This document shows, in pieces, positions 1 to 15,105 of a stretch of DNA of 64,000 nucleotides. This DNA comes from the human T2T-CHM13v2.0 reference genome, Homo sapiens. A model generated the notes under the pieces. That model ran no database searches. It saw only the letters and a list, made by a program, of their open reading frames with translations, and had not been told where the DNA came from. How positions within the stretch are numbered: the stretch's first letter is position 1; the number at the start of each line of letters is the position of its first letter. The stretch lies in assembly GCF_009914755.1 (NCBI RefSeq), contig NC_060934.1. One strand, given 5' to 3'. A program made the position numbers and the translations under genes.

Positions 1-265
1 AAGAAAAAAAGATGAAATATTAATATTTGAGATGCAGGGTGAGGGAGGAGAAAGGAAACACCTCCACTTCAGAGAGGCCAAGGCAGGAGTTGATTTTAAA
101 TAGGGAAAGTTCAGCTGATCAGGGCCAGGTGCTTAGTGGGGGTTTGTAACTGTTTAATGCAGTGAGTCTCAAGTTTTAATGTGCATAAAAACATCCTGGG
201 CTGGAGATCCCTGGGGCACCCTTCCCAGAAATTTTGACTCAGTGGGGCCTAGAAATCTGTGGGGT

Positions 266-285
266 TTGTGTATGTGTCTGTGTGT

Positions 286-319
<34 letters not shown>
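266..319. repeat. (TG)n microsatellite
   Basis: Visible in sequence. Confidence 0.95.
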
Positions 320-320
<1 letters not shown>

Positions 321-1376
321 GCCAGCACACCCCTCCTCCACCAAGTCATTGTAATGCAGGCAAGTTATCCAGGAACCACTCCCAGAGGGAACATGGCATC
401 CAAATCAGGGGGATGTCAGCTCTAGGGTAGGAAGGTAGGAAGGGGATGAATGGTGAGCAAATTTGGACAGCAGATGACCACTTGCTAACAACTTTGCCAG
501 AATAAGGAGCTCTTCAAGAAAACTCTTTAAAATGGATTGCCAGGGAAAGTTAAGAAGGAAACTTTTTTCTGTTTCTGCCTACTGCATTGAAGAGATTGTC
601 CAGTGCAAAACCAAATGTATGAATACAGCCTCTGCTGTGACATGTTAAACAGTTAAGATTCTTGTGGTTGGAGAACACTGGAGAAGCAGTGGATGACAAG
701 TACTTCAGGATGGCCCTCTTTTGCTTTTGAATAATAGTGCTGGACTCAGTCCATTTTGTAGAACTACTGTCCTTAAGAAAGTTATGAAAATTAAATAAAA
801 TTGATTAATAATGCCCAAGGACTAACTACATTTCTGAGCTTTCAGGCAACTGGCAGGCAGGAAAATGATGCTATTTCAAACATTTATTTGTGACTCATTA
901 TACTTCATTGAACTAAGTATCTTTTGGATAGTATTTTCTTAAAAGCAAAATTCCAATAAAAAAGGAAGTATATTAAAAGGTACATTAAAGTTTAGTGCCT
1001 TATGGGTAGCTTATCTTTAGAAATGCATTATTTCCAGGAATGTTTAGTATTTTAACAGGAGGAGAGCAAATTAGCAAGTTCATATGAATTTGTGGTGAAA
1101 AAATATCTGTGTACAAATATGAATCTCTCTCCAGCACCTCAAATTCATTTGCCAAGTGTTTTATAATGCATATTAATTGAATCATCACATTTAGAAAAGA
1201 ATCTAAAATTAGCACATTGATGAGCATATGAAATGCCTTTGATATAGCACAAAAATGTAGAATTTATATTAAAAACCAGCAAATATTTTGAATTGAACTG
1301 TGTCTAGATAGAATAATTATGGATTTGAATTTCTTAACTACATATACCATGTAGTCAGTCCACAAACACTGAATCA

Positions 1377-1867
<491 letters not shown>

Positions 1868-4788
1868 TTAGTGTTGCAGTGTGACTGTGAGTATAAGCCC
1901 TGAACTCCTGTGCACTTAGAGTCCCTGCTCTGTCATTTGCTTGAATTACTTATCTCTTCTAGGCTTTAGTTTTCTTATCTGTAAAATGGAAATCATGGTC
2001 GTAATCATTTGAGTGTTTCCTGGCACCAAGCATTGTGCTATATGTTTTACAAGCATTATCTCACTTTACCTTCTCAGTACCCCTATTCATTATCAACCTC
2101 CTTTGCAGTTTGGGAAGCTGCAGTTCTGCTGTTAGTGGTTCCTGGAGCCAGAATTTGAATTCAGATGTTCTAACCCTGGAGACTGCATGTCTAATCCCAA
2201 GGCTCAACTACCTCCTATTGGAGAAGGCTAACTGAGATCATGTGTGTTCATGCATCCAGTTAGCCAGGGAACGAAAGCATTCTGCTAATGGTACCTATTG
2301 TTTTATACAGGTTTTTTTTTTGGCTATCTTTTTCTATTGAAGGCGACATAGTACCTTGCCTGCCCAGAATTCAGCTCACTCTTACCTAGAAGGCAGTCTA
2401 GAAAAAACAAGATAAAAGGCATTTTGAGCAGCAAAATTAGAAATCATGTAGCACATTCACTGTAATCAGCAGGTGGTTCACTCACAGAAGATCTCTCCTG
2501 ATGCACACCTAGTCTATACTTTCATTCTGTAAATAATCTCAAATAATTTTTATCAATGAGAGAAAATAGATTAAAGGAGGAAAAAGACCGAATTCAAGAA
2601 GTTTAGTAAATAAGTTGCCTTTTAAGTGATTTTTTTCTAAATGAATGACAGATTAAACGGAGCAAATTAGAAATGGAGGGAAGCATTGTTAATGTTGAAT
2701 TATGAAGAAAGGGTTAATGTTTCTATTTTAAGTTAAGGAGTAAATAATATATCTTAGAACTGTTTCCTTCAAAAATATTTAAATCTCATAATATTTTATG
2801 ATTATTATTTACTATTTTACTATTCAGAATCACCTCTTTTGTCACGGGATTCATATAGCTAAAGATTTTCTTATATTTCCAGAGGAATCCTATGCTAATT
2901 AGGGAGCATATTACAGAATCCTAAGAGTGCCTTTTGTAATGGCATTTTAAATCTTATATAATAACAATTTAGAAGAGAACGGTTTTAGGGTAAGATCAGC
3001 AGCTCAGCCATGTGAGCAAGGAGCCAGGCTCATTCCACCCTTGGGTTCTGCCATCCTCCAGACACTGGCTGTCCTTGGACTTGACCCTTCTAGGTTGCAA
3101 AATGGCTGCTGCCTTTTAAAACTTATGTGAAGTCACATGTTCAGCTGATGAAAAGGCATATATTCCCTAGGATGTCTCTTTGTATTAGAGATGAAAATTT
3201 CTCACAGAATCCTCCCAACAGATTTCCCCTCAGGTCTCATTGTCCAATATTTGGTTACTTGCCAACCAGCCAAGTCCTGACTACAAGGGAGACTGAGAAA
3301 GTGACTATCTCTAGTGGGACTGGGCCCTGCTGGTGAGGAAGAAGTAGTGGTGGCTAGGGGATAGATAACTGTCTGTCAAAAGCTCATTGCAAAGAAGCAA
3401 GTAGTTACACATCAACCGACCATCTGATATCTGTAATAGAAGTCAACTTTTAGCAGAGGTCATTAACCTCACCTCTCCAACATTTGCTGTGAGAAAGAAC
3501 TGATTTTCTTTGAGTTTCTTCCTGCAAGCTGGGAACTATAATGGAACTTTATTACCTCATTTAAGCTTTAGTTGAATTCTTCTGGAAAGCTATTGTTGTG
3601 CCTATTTAATAGATGAAGATAAGGTGCACAAAAAGGTTAAATAAGCTGCTGTAGCACTCCCAACTAGTGATAGAAACTGGCCCCTCCTAAAGTAGTATAT
3701 GGCCCCCAAACCTGAGCTCTTCGTGCTAAGGGCACCGAACCACTTCATCTTGGTGGCTGGATAAAAAGTTTGTATTACACTATGCAAAATAATTATTTTA
3801 TGGCCCAGTATGTGACTTTCTTGCACTCACAGTAGCCTAGATCTACCTCAAGGTAATTTAACACATGCATCAGGAGTGGTTTGTTTAATCATCTTTCCTG
3901 TAACAACTACATTCTTGCTCATTGATCTAATATAAACCATTCTGTTGTGACTGGTATATTTAATGTGGAATATACCTCTAGAAGTAACAGACAAGCACCT
4001 GGCACCTAGTAAATGATAATATATAGTACTTACAAATATAGGGAAAAAATCCAATAAAAGCTATTTCTAATATTATGATCATTTCGTTTTTATCTTATCA
4101 ATATTTTAGTAAAGATAATTTATCATCTATGTCACAGCATATTTCTGATTGCAGATATTATAGAAGATAAGTGTAAAAACAAATCAATGTAATCTTTGCT
4201 TTTGATGTCTGAATTTTTAAAATCCTTCAAAAGGGACATGAAGGGTGGGCCTAGATTTATTTATTTTTCCTGAAGTAGGGCCCAATCTGTAAGACTGTGA
4301 CTCAGGAGATCCTTCTTTGTGTCTCTGTCATTTAAGACATGGGAATGACCCTTTACCTCTCTTTATCTAAATCAGATTAGGTCATTGCAGCCTACAGGCT
4401 GAGTTACAATAATTTTCTTTGTCTACCTCCAACTGAGTAAATTGCACCATGTTCTTCCTGGAAAACATGACCACTAACCCAGTGGCTGTTGGTTTGGCCA
4501 ATTAGAAATGAGACTGCTGGAGGTGGTATAAGGTGCTCTGTCCTCTCTTAACTGCCAATGGGCCACACCTACTTATCCAGGTCACTAGGGCACTCAAGTC
4601 AAAAGAAGTGCCTGGGAGAAAATGGCACATTTGGGTGATGGTCTCGCTGGCTGTTTACTGTATGCTGAGTCTCTTAGGAGACCGTTCACTGCCTGGTAAT
4701 CATCTGCTTTCTGAATTCTGGAAAATATTTCTCTGTGGATGAAAATGGGTCAGGATTCTGAACTTTGCCACACACACACAAACACACA

Positions 4789-4817
4789 CATACATGCACG
4801 CACGCACACACACACAC
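4789..4817. repeat. (CA)n-rich microsatellite followed by an A-rich purine tract
   Basis: Visible in sequence; CA-rich from ~4768. Confidence 0.85.
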
Positions 4818-6039
4818 TATTTTAAGAAAAAGAAAGAAAGAAAAGAAAAGGAAATTAAGGCTGAAAAAATCACAAAATAAGCACCATGCTAGGTCAGATA
4901 TTTTCCTCTGTTCATTCTTGCATTGTTTGCTGCTGATTTTAAAGGGCAGAATTGTTGAGACTCTTCCATGTTTCCATGGGGGACTTCAGACTTGGAAACA
5001 TTGCAGGGACACAAAAGCCAAGAGGATTTTGCTATGGTTATGTAGAGAATAAACTGTTACAAGCTCAGAGCTGTGAAATACCAATTTGGAGAGGATACTT
5101 ACCCCCTCCCAGGCCACTTATGGATGAGACAGCATTTTGGCCACATCCCCTCTGGGCACAGTCGACTGCTCAGTTGGTTCTGGGAGCTACTTGTTAGCTG
5201 AATCTCTGGGACAGGGGTTGGCCTCCATGTGCTCATTGTGAATATGTATGGTTCTGACACCATGATTCCCCACATTCTTGTGAGTCGGATTAACAGAAAG
5301 CAGACACTCCCCTACTCCTCTATAAAAGGTCAGATTAAAGAAAAAAAATGATGATGTCTTTGGAGGTTATGGTCAGGAAAAGGGGCTAGCAATAAAAGCA
5401 AGAAGGCAAGAGCTCTGAAGCAAGAACTCTGAAGAGATATCTTAGAGGTTAAACAGATCACAAGGCTGTAGTTCAGATGATCAGATGTTATCAAGCCACA
5501 AGAATGTGAGGTAGAGGTCAGGGAGTAGGCTGAGATTAAAGCGGGCGTTTCTGATGAATGTTTTCCATTAGTTTTAAGCCACTCTAAAAGCAGCGAAGTG
5601 TGGCTGTGACAAGCGCCCTGCCGAATGAGTAAAGTAAACCTTGGAGGGGGCTCAGTAAAGGATATTTAGCAAGCAAATGATAGAGCCTAGACTCAACACC
5701 CAGGCTTATCTCACTCCAAAGGCTGTTTGCACCGTGTGCTTTGTAGCACTTTGGACCTCCACTTTGGAGGGGGAATTTATTTTATTCTTGCATGATACTG
5801 AATACTTCCCATTAGTTAGCATCTGTGGATCTCAAGTACTATGAGGTGAAGTACCTCTTACTGTACCCTCAGTTCAAATTTTCTAATTGTTTTAGTAAGA
5901 CCACAGTAGCACAAATGGCAAGTGGTACTTGCTGTTAATTTTTCCTGTTTTAGATTCTCCTGGCCCACTTTATTTCTGATTAGATTGAGGTAGCATAGTG
6001 AGTTTTTGTTTTGTTTATTCATTTGCATTGTTGATCTAG

Positions 6040-6360
6040 AGCCGTGGTTTTCAGACTTTATTGGTCTTGGAACCCCTTTACACTCTTAATTACTAAGGAC
6101 ACTAAAAAGCTTTGTTTATGTGAGTTATATCTATTTATATTTACTGTATTAAAAATCAAAACAGACATTTATAAGAGTATGCAAGTAAGCATTCCATTAA
6201 CTCTTGTACCCTCTGGAAATCTCCACTATACAACTGTGAAAGATTGATATTTAAAAAGTCAAATAATGCTTTAGTAATATTATGAAAGTAATATTGACCT
6301 CACAGACTCCCTGACAGGATCGTGGGGAACCTGGACCACATTTTGAGAGCCACTGAACTA
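6040..6360. mobile_element. hAT-Charlie-type non-autonomous DNA transposon relic
   Basis: ccgtggttttcagact start and cacattttgagagccactg end resemble MER5/Charlie TIRs. Confidence 0.55.
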
Positions 6361-7443
6361 GAAAACATACCTGTTTATGTTGATCTTGCAATTGTTTATA
6401 ATGCAACTGTAAGTGCCAGGACTAGGGGGCAAAAAGATAAAGGAATTAAGACAGGACCATCAGCTAATACATGGTTCAAAAAATAAGTTGACTGACCAGT
6501 CTGTGAACTTCTTTCATCTTAGATTTGAGGGGAGTTGGCTTCTATTTCTGAATTATTAATATATTCATATGTGGGAGTGAATAGTTTTTATCTATAGTAA
6601 TTTAATAAACTCTGATGTTTAAGATATGTTTAAACATTTCATACATATAGAAGCTCATTACAGAGATGTTTGTTTCATTGTTTCTGCTCACACTTAGCAT
6701 TGTTTTCTGGTCACCCAGCCCTGAATCCACCTTTCCTCTCTTGGCATATCCCACTGCCTCCTACAGGAGGATAAAGTGCTAGATATTTACATTTTCGGCC
6801 ATCTTTTCAGCCAGGCTGCAGGCATGGGACCCAGACTTTGCCAGTCAGACATCTGCATCTCATGCTTTGAAATAGAAACTAGAGACATGCAGAAGTACAT
6901 GGCGGCTGCACATCGTTCCCAGGGCAGCAGCTAGTTGCTGGAGTTGCTGGTGTTGGTAGTAGAAGCTGTAGAATCCCCTGTTCATCAAGTGATAGAGATA
7001 GCAGAGGTGTTTTCACCAGACCAATGCTGCTGTGTAGTCTGGGGCAGTGTTCTTGGATATGTAGCTTCCAAACCTGATTTCTCTGGCCTTCCTAGAAGTT
7101 TGTGTTTTTTTTCATTATCCTTCTGTGAATTCAAGAGTCAGACCTTTGCCTGCAATTAAGAATCCTGCTTAATTCATTCTGAAATGCAGTGTCTCTCAAA
7201 GTATTGTTTGGAAACCTCATGTATTGGAATGACTGGGCCATATCTGACAATACCTACTTGTGGGCTTAAAACCGATGGATTCAGAATCCTTAGGGTGGGT
7301 CTTAGGAGACTGCATTTTAAACAGATCTCAGGTTTATGTGATTTTAGATGCAGTAAAATGTAAAAACCGCTATCCTAATATTTTCAACCTTTTAAATTCT
7401 ATGCTCTCTCTTTATGGATCTGAGCAATCATCAAAAGAAATAA

Positions 7444-7833
<390 letters not shown>

Positions 7834-8637
7834 TAAGCCTTTGCTCTGTCTTTTTAACGCTTTTAACGTCTTTTTTTCCTGGTTTATTTCTTCTCACTGA
7901 GAAGTATTAATTCCTCAGTTGGGATTGCCTACATTCAGTGGTGCCAAAATTGTTAACTCAGCTTCTAAACTACACTGTGATGAACCATGTTTTTTCTTTC
8001 TTGGGCATTTTTTAGCCTGCAGGCTTAGAGCTCAATGTTTACCCCAGGGATTACTGGAGACAATGGAGGGGAAAGACTGGAATACAAGAGTAATTTTTCT
8101 TGAAGGGTTCCTCCACCATGGATTTAGGCCAGAAAATAGCACTGGAGCTGTTGATTGATCTACTTCTGAGATTTCTAGAATCACTGAATATTATAACTGA
8201 AAGGAATCCATCTTAACCCCTTGTTTCCTAAGTGAGGAACTGAGGAGAAGATCCATGTTCAAAGTCATCTAAGTGATGAATGGGGTATAAAGGACAAAAT
8301 AAATTTAGAAGTGGAAAGTGGTGATACAGAGCTTGACCTAAACTAGCATAAAAAGGATGGGAATTACTAATATTTATTGAATTAATATTTAAACTTGGGT
8401 ACATTCACTTGACTTCTCTGAGCCTCAGTTGTCTCAACTATAAAATAAAGATTCTAATAATAGCTAACATTGATAAAATATTGACTATATGCTAGGAGCT
8501 ATTGATACTCTAAAGACTTTATGTGCTAACTCATTTGATCCTAGAACAACCACATGATGTAGGAACCACTGTTTCTCCCATTTTGTAGATGCACAGAAAG
8601 GCTATATAACTTCCCTGCAGTCACACAGCTAAACATA

Positions 8638-9197
8638 TTTGTTTTCTATTGCTGCTTTACAAATTTTTATGAAATTAAAGGCTTAAATATACATGTATTA
8701 TCTTGCTGCTTTTTGGTTCAGGAGTCTAGGCACAGCTTATCTAGATCCTCTACTCATGGTCTCACAAGGCAGCAATTGACTTGTTGACATGGGCTAGAGT
8801 CTCATCAGAGGCTTGCAGTCATCTTCCAAGCTTGTATGATCATTGGCAGAATTAATTTCCTTGCAGCTTTGGAACTTGTGGTGGCTGAGTCTTTAAGGCC
8901 AGCAGGAGAGAATCTACTTCTTTTAAAGGTCTTACCTGATTAGATCCAGACCACTCAGGATAATTTTTCTTTTAATTAGCTTAACATTATTAGGGGGATT
9001 CTTATATCTACAATATCTCTTCATCTTTGTCATGTGATTCAACATATTCATGGGAATAATATTCCATGACCTTTGCTGTCTTCTATTGGTTAGAAGCCAA
9101 CTACAGGTCTTAAACACACTCAAGTGGAGAGGATTACACAAACCTACAGATATCAAGGGGCAGGAATCACAGAGCTATCTTAGAATTCTGCCTGTTA
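8638..9197. mobile_element. MLT1-type MaLR LTR
   Basis: ttttctattgctgc...ggcttaaa start and ttagaattctgcct end, typical of MLT1. Confidence 0.6.
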
Positions 9198-9650
9198 TAG
9201 TTCTAAGGTTGAGTTTAAATCCAGACTGGCTCTAAGTTTAACAGTCCATGCTTCTAATCAGTATTATCTTCTTTATTCCTTTGAAGAAAGCAAACCTACT
9301 TTATAACCTTGCATAGAGTTCTAAGTAAGGTATCCCGCAGCAGATTCATACTGGGTGTCAGTCAAATGTGAATTATTTTCACACCTTCACTTTTAAAGAT
9401 CAGCTTCAGGAAACTATAACCACTTGCAGTTTTGTATTTTCAGGAAGAGATTTCCAACAGTCTCTCTAAACACTCAGGTTATATAGGTTATTTCAATTTG
9501 TTCCTGTTTGTCTGAGGCAGAGATAACCCTGGGGTTTGGGATTTCAAACTTGGGTCTCAAAAAATAACTTTAGTTCTGCTTCTTGTTTTTGAAACAGATG
9601 AAGTGATTGAGAAGAAACAGTGAACATCCTCATTTCACAGATAAGACAAC

Positions 9651-9680
9651 ATGGATCAGCCTTTTACTGTGAATTCTCTG
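9651..9680 (+). CDS. STAMBPL1: STAMBPL1 first coding exon (exon 2), MDQPFTVNSL; exon probably starts at 9598
   Basis: ATG at 9651 (caacATGG); donor CTG|gtaggt at 9681; acceptor ttgtttttgaaacag ends 9597; joins in frame to KKLAAMPDH. Confidence 0.95.
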
Positions 9681-10520
9681 GTAGGTCACACCAGCTGATA
9701 TCTAACATTTGGTTGGAAAGCCCAAAAAGAAGAACAGAAACATACAAATGTGAAATGAGTCACAATTACTTTAAGAAGTTTAGCACTTGTAGTTTTTCAT
9801 CCATCTGTGTGGTTGTCTTCTTTGAGGAAGTGACTAATAAAGCTATCTTTGTAAGACTTAAAAATAAATTTTATTTTCCACAAAAGTCTAAAATTTTAGT
9901 TTATCTAGCTAGATTCCAGGAGTGTAGTCCTTTGGCAAAACACCGGAGAGAAGAATTTCAGAGTTGATATCTGAGGAGCTACTTAAAGCTCTTTGTGCCT
10001 CAGCTACTTTATGGATAAGAATTGGAGGCTCACCTTGTATGGCGTTAACTGAGAAAAACATACATAACACCTAGGTACTGCTTTGGATCCTCGTGTAAAT
10101 GTCTTTGTACTTGAAGCTCTTGTTCTTCTCACTTTTCCCCTCACTGCCCAGCACTGTGCACACTTTCTCTAGCTACATCACATGGGCTTATTCTGTGTCC
10201 TAGATCAGTCTCTGAGTGTGAATATAGACACATTATGTAATCTCCATGGCCCTGATTTTGTACTTTTTGCTCAATGACAATTGGAAACAATATTTTTGAT
10301 GGTCCTAGCCTACCAGGATGGTACGATAAATGGAAACTGTCATTCCCATTTTCCTCCTCTTGATGACCCTCCCCAGCCACTCATGGTGACCTTGTAGGAG
10401 TAGCCCCATGAGCTGCAGTATACTAAATACCCTGTACGCACAAAGACTAGCACCAGGACATAAAGAAAGAGAGGGCCTGGTTCTTGTACTGAAATAGGTT
10501 GTGACCTAATGTTTTTTCTT

Positions 10521-10810
10521 TTTTTTTTTGAGGCGGAGTCTCGCTCTGTCACTCAGGCTGGAGTGCCAATGGCACAATCTCGGCTCACTGCAAGCCCCAC
10601 CTCCCAGGTTCATGCCATTCTCCTGCCTCAGCCTCCTGAGTAGTTGGGAGTATAGGCTGCCGCCACCACGCCCAGCTAATTTTTTGTATTTTTAGTAGAG
10701 ACAGGTTTCACCGTGTTAGCCAAGATGGTCTCCATCTCCTGACCTCGTGATCAGCCCACCTCGGCCTCCCAGATTGCTGGGATTACAGGTGTGAGCCACC
10801 GCACCCGGCC
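10521..10810 (-). mobile_element. Alu (AluY/Sc-like)
   Basis: gtgttagccaagatggtctc...acctcgtgatc; perfect 16-bp TSD cctaatgttttttctt at 10505 and 10811. Confidence 0.95.
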
Positions 10811-12183
10811 CCTAATGTTTTTTCTTGACCAAGAAAGTCATTCACAAAAATTAGTTGTCTTCAGAGTATATTTGGAAAGGTAGACAATTGCAGAAACATT
10901 TTCACTTTCTGTCCCCATGTTGTTGTTCCACTATGGTTAATAAAGACTGACCCATTTCCACCTCTCCAGAGGAAGGAGTCATACTTATGAGATGTCTTCT
11001 GTGTTTTTCTAGAACATTATATAACAATAATTAAAATTTTATTGTATATGTCACTGTAAAAATGAACACAAAGGCTTTTTATCTGGAAAATTTGTGTTTT
11101 CATCCAAGAAGTCTGCATGCAAATGAAATATTATAGATTGATGAAGACTTTAGGTTATTTTCCAGCTTATCTTTGAAATCAGTTTTAAATTTGGGAAGGT
11201 CCATTCAGAAGAGGAAAAATCAATCTAATTTTCATTTTCAGGGAAAAAAAACTAATTATAATCTCTTGTTGCTTCCTTCTCTCACTTCCGTCTGTCTTTT
11301 ATTTGATATACCTATTAATCATCACTTATGTGGCAGGGAATATGCTACATTCTAGGGAACAGAGATAAATGGAAAATGATCCCTTTTAAAACCCCAAGGA
11401 GTTCATAAGGGATCAGATACACTTGTACAGAAATAATTATAACTCAGTGTGGACTAAGTAGTAGTAAAATATGAATACATTACTTTTATACATATGAGAG
11501 GCTGGAACCCCCTTTAGAGAACATTCTGATTTTCATAGATTTTTTTTCTAGTCATTTTTCTGATGTCATTGAAGCAATTATCTGTGTCAAATGACAATAT
11601 TTTCTTTTGGTGCTGTTGAGTTCTATAGCCGAGTGTGGTTAGGGAAAAGTGGATGGATTGCTGTAGCTTTTGAGACATCTCAATTGAAAAGACTATATAC
11701 TGAAGCCCGAGGCTCAAAGTTCAGAAACTCCAATTTCTGTCTCTGATGTGGGGAAGCCACGTAATAAAATGTACAAGGGACATGGTATGGTTCTTACTTA
11801 ATGAAGCCTTGAGAAACAAGTTTATGGGTCTCTGGTTACATATTAAACCTTTAGGACCAAGAATCATTTCAGATCTCTGAGGTTCTATTGGCTATAAAAT
11901 TACCACCAAAGTAGACCAGATGGCATTGGAAGAACTCCAGATATCTAATTCACTATACCCTGTCCCTGAAGGTTGGCTCGGTAATTCATGGCCAGACTAA
12001 AAGTATGCTTACCTTGACTTCTTTTATAGCTTTCTACAGACTTGAATGAAGTGCTCCACCCACACAGTAGTCAGACTTGCAACCTACCCTTAACTGACCA
12101 AGGCGGCCTTGAGAAGCTAAATTTGCTCTAGACTAACTCTGTTCTGGGAGCATCCAGCAATGGTAGAAGGGGTTGGTCTAAAG

Positions 12184-12590
12184 CCTTGCTTCTCAAACTG
12201 TACAGGCATAAGTACCTCTGGAAAGATGGATTAAAACATTGATTCTCCTGCCTAACTCCAGAGATCCTGACTATAGGTCTGAGGTGAGACCTGTTAGGAA
12301 TTTGCATTTGTAAGAAACTCCCAGTTGATGCTGATGCTGCCAGTACATGGACCATGCTTTGAAACATGCTGGTCTAAAGCAGGGGTCAGCAAACTATGGT
12401 GTAAGGGCCAAACCACCCACTTGCTTTTATAAATAAACATTTAGGGGACACAGCCAGGGTCATTTTTATCCATATTGTTTATGGTGACTTTCATGCTGAG
12501 AGCTGAATTCAAGTTGCAATGGAAACCATATGGCTAGCAGAGCCTAAGATACTTGCTATGTGGCACTTAACAGAGAAAATTTCCTTTCTG
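12184..12590. mobile_element. MER5A-like element (12184-12371) abutting a MER58-like element (12380-~12590)
   Basis: 8-bp hAT TSD gtctaaag at 12176 and 12372; caggggtcagcaaact start of the MER58-like element. Confidence 0.7.
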
Positions 12591-13384
12591 AAGCACCGAC
12601 TTTTTATTGAATAATTATTCTGAATTGCATATGTTCTATGCTTTACCAAAAGTGTATAGATGCTGTTTTTATTAATAAAATTCAAATTGCTATCACTGAC
12701 ATTTCTTAGTAACATATCATTATTTTCTTAGTCAAGGACTAATTTAACAGTGTACTTACTATTATATGGAGGTCTGAGATTCTTTTTATGTTAAAAAAAA
12801 TGGGAGGGGCATTCTTATGCTTGAAAAGGCTTCTCCAGGACTTACTTGTGGGTTGTTTTTTTTTTAACTCAATGAAGATGCAGAGAAGCCCTGAAAATTT
12901 CTTACTAAACAACACTTATTCTGGAATAGAATTGAATCTTTATAGTAACTTGAATCCAAGTTACCTCCTTGGAGACCCTTCAGAGTAGACTGACATGAAC
13001 CCTACAATGGCAGGAATTCATCTTATGACCTGCTTCAGATGATCCCAGATAGAAGCATGCACAGGGATATGAGGAGCAATGATATTTTACCTAAAATGAC
13101 CTGAAACATTTGCATACCCTGAAACCTAAAGTGAGATCCCACTCCAATAAAACTGTATGTTTACCTTGGAGGTTTGTCTTTTTGTTGTATAAACCATGTA
13201 TTTTTGTTGTATAAAGCATGTTTAAGCAAAAATGCTTTACTTTGATTATATCATTAACTTATGAAAAGATTTCCTTAGGTAATGGTGTTAGGTTCCTCAT
13301 AAAGAACATATGTCCATAATATTAGTCATATCCTTTTCTTACTATAATCAACAGTTAATCAGAGATTTAAATTTTGCTTTGCAG

Positions 13385-13602
13385 AAAAAGTTAGCTGCTA
13401 TGCCTGACCATACAGATGTTTCCCTAAGCCCAGAAGAGCGAGTCCGTGCCCTAAGCAAGCTTGGTTGTAATATCACCATCAGTGAAGACATCACTCCACG
13501 ACGTTACTTTAGGTCTGGAGTAGAGATGGAGAGGATGGCATCTGTGTATTTGGAAGAAGGAAATTTGGAAAATGCCTTTGTTCTTTATAATAAATTTATA
13601 AC
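13385..13602 (+). CDS. STAMBPL1: STAMBPL1 exon 3 ([14 protein letters not shown]...NKFIT), MIT-like/USP8-dimer domain
   Basis: ttttgctttgcag acceptor, AC|gtaagt donor, 218 nt; lies within ORF 13310..13606. Confidence 0.97.
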
Positions 13603-14419
13603 GTAAGTGTTTTAAAGGCCTCTGAAGTGAGAAAATTGGAAAAATATTTACATAGTTATTTTGATGTGGCAGTTTGGGTATCAGTAATGTTTTCATATTC
13701 AGACCAATTGCACAGTCTCTAGGAGCATTAAATGTTCAAGTTTTTAAATTACCAACTAATGTACTCACAGGCATCCCAACACCATCTCTGAGGCTTAGGG
13801 TCAGGGAGGGCAGGAGGCTCAGGGTTATCAGATTTCCTTTCCAAGGCCAGCATAGTAATCTATTTAATACATGTTTCACTCTTCTTAAATATAATTTATT
13901 TTTTCATGTGATTTTCCCCGACAGAAATGGAAGCTTTATGAGAGCAGGAACTACAGTGCAGCTCCATTTATAGCACCTAGAACATGCCATCAACATTTAA
14001 AAAATTTGATTTGGTGGGTTGAGTCTAGGGGACAAGTTGGGAGACACAGGAAAGATCTGATTCAGGTTCAGGGATAGGTTCAGGAAACTCATTCAAGTTT
14101 CATATAGCACTTATTATTTCTTTTTAAAAAACATTTTATTTGGCTATTAAGAACACTATGTACAAAAGAGCTGTCAAAATGTTGAGTAAAAGTGGCTACA
14201 TCAAAACAGCCATGTCAGAGTATCATGTTTCCTATTAGACAGATATTTGTTAGTGACATATCCTAGTTTAAGAGTTAACAGAAATGGGACTTCGTCTTTC
14301 CTTACTATAAATCTGGTAACTTACTAGTTGAAAGGATGTCCTGTCATCAATAATTATATCTTCTAAGATGAACCTTCTTTTTTTTAATTGAAAGTCACAT
14401 GCCGATTACTTTTGCTAGC

Positions 14420-15105
<686 letters not shown>

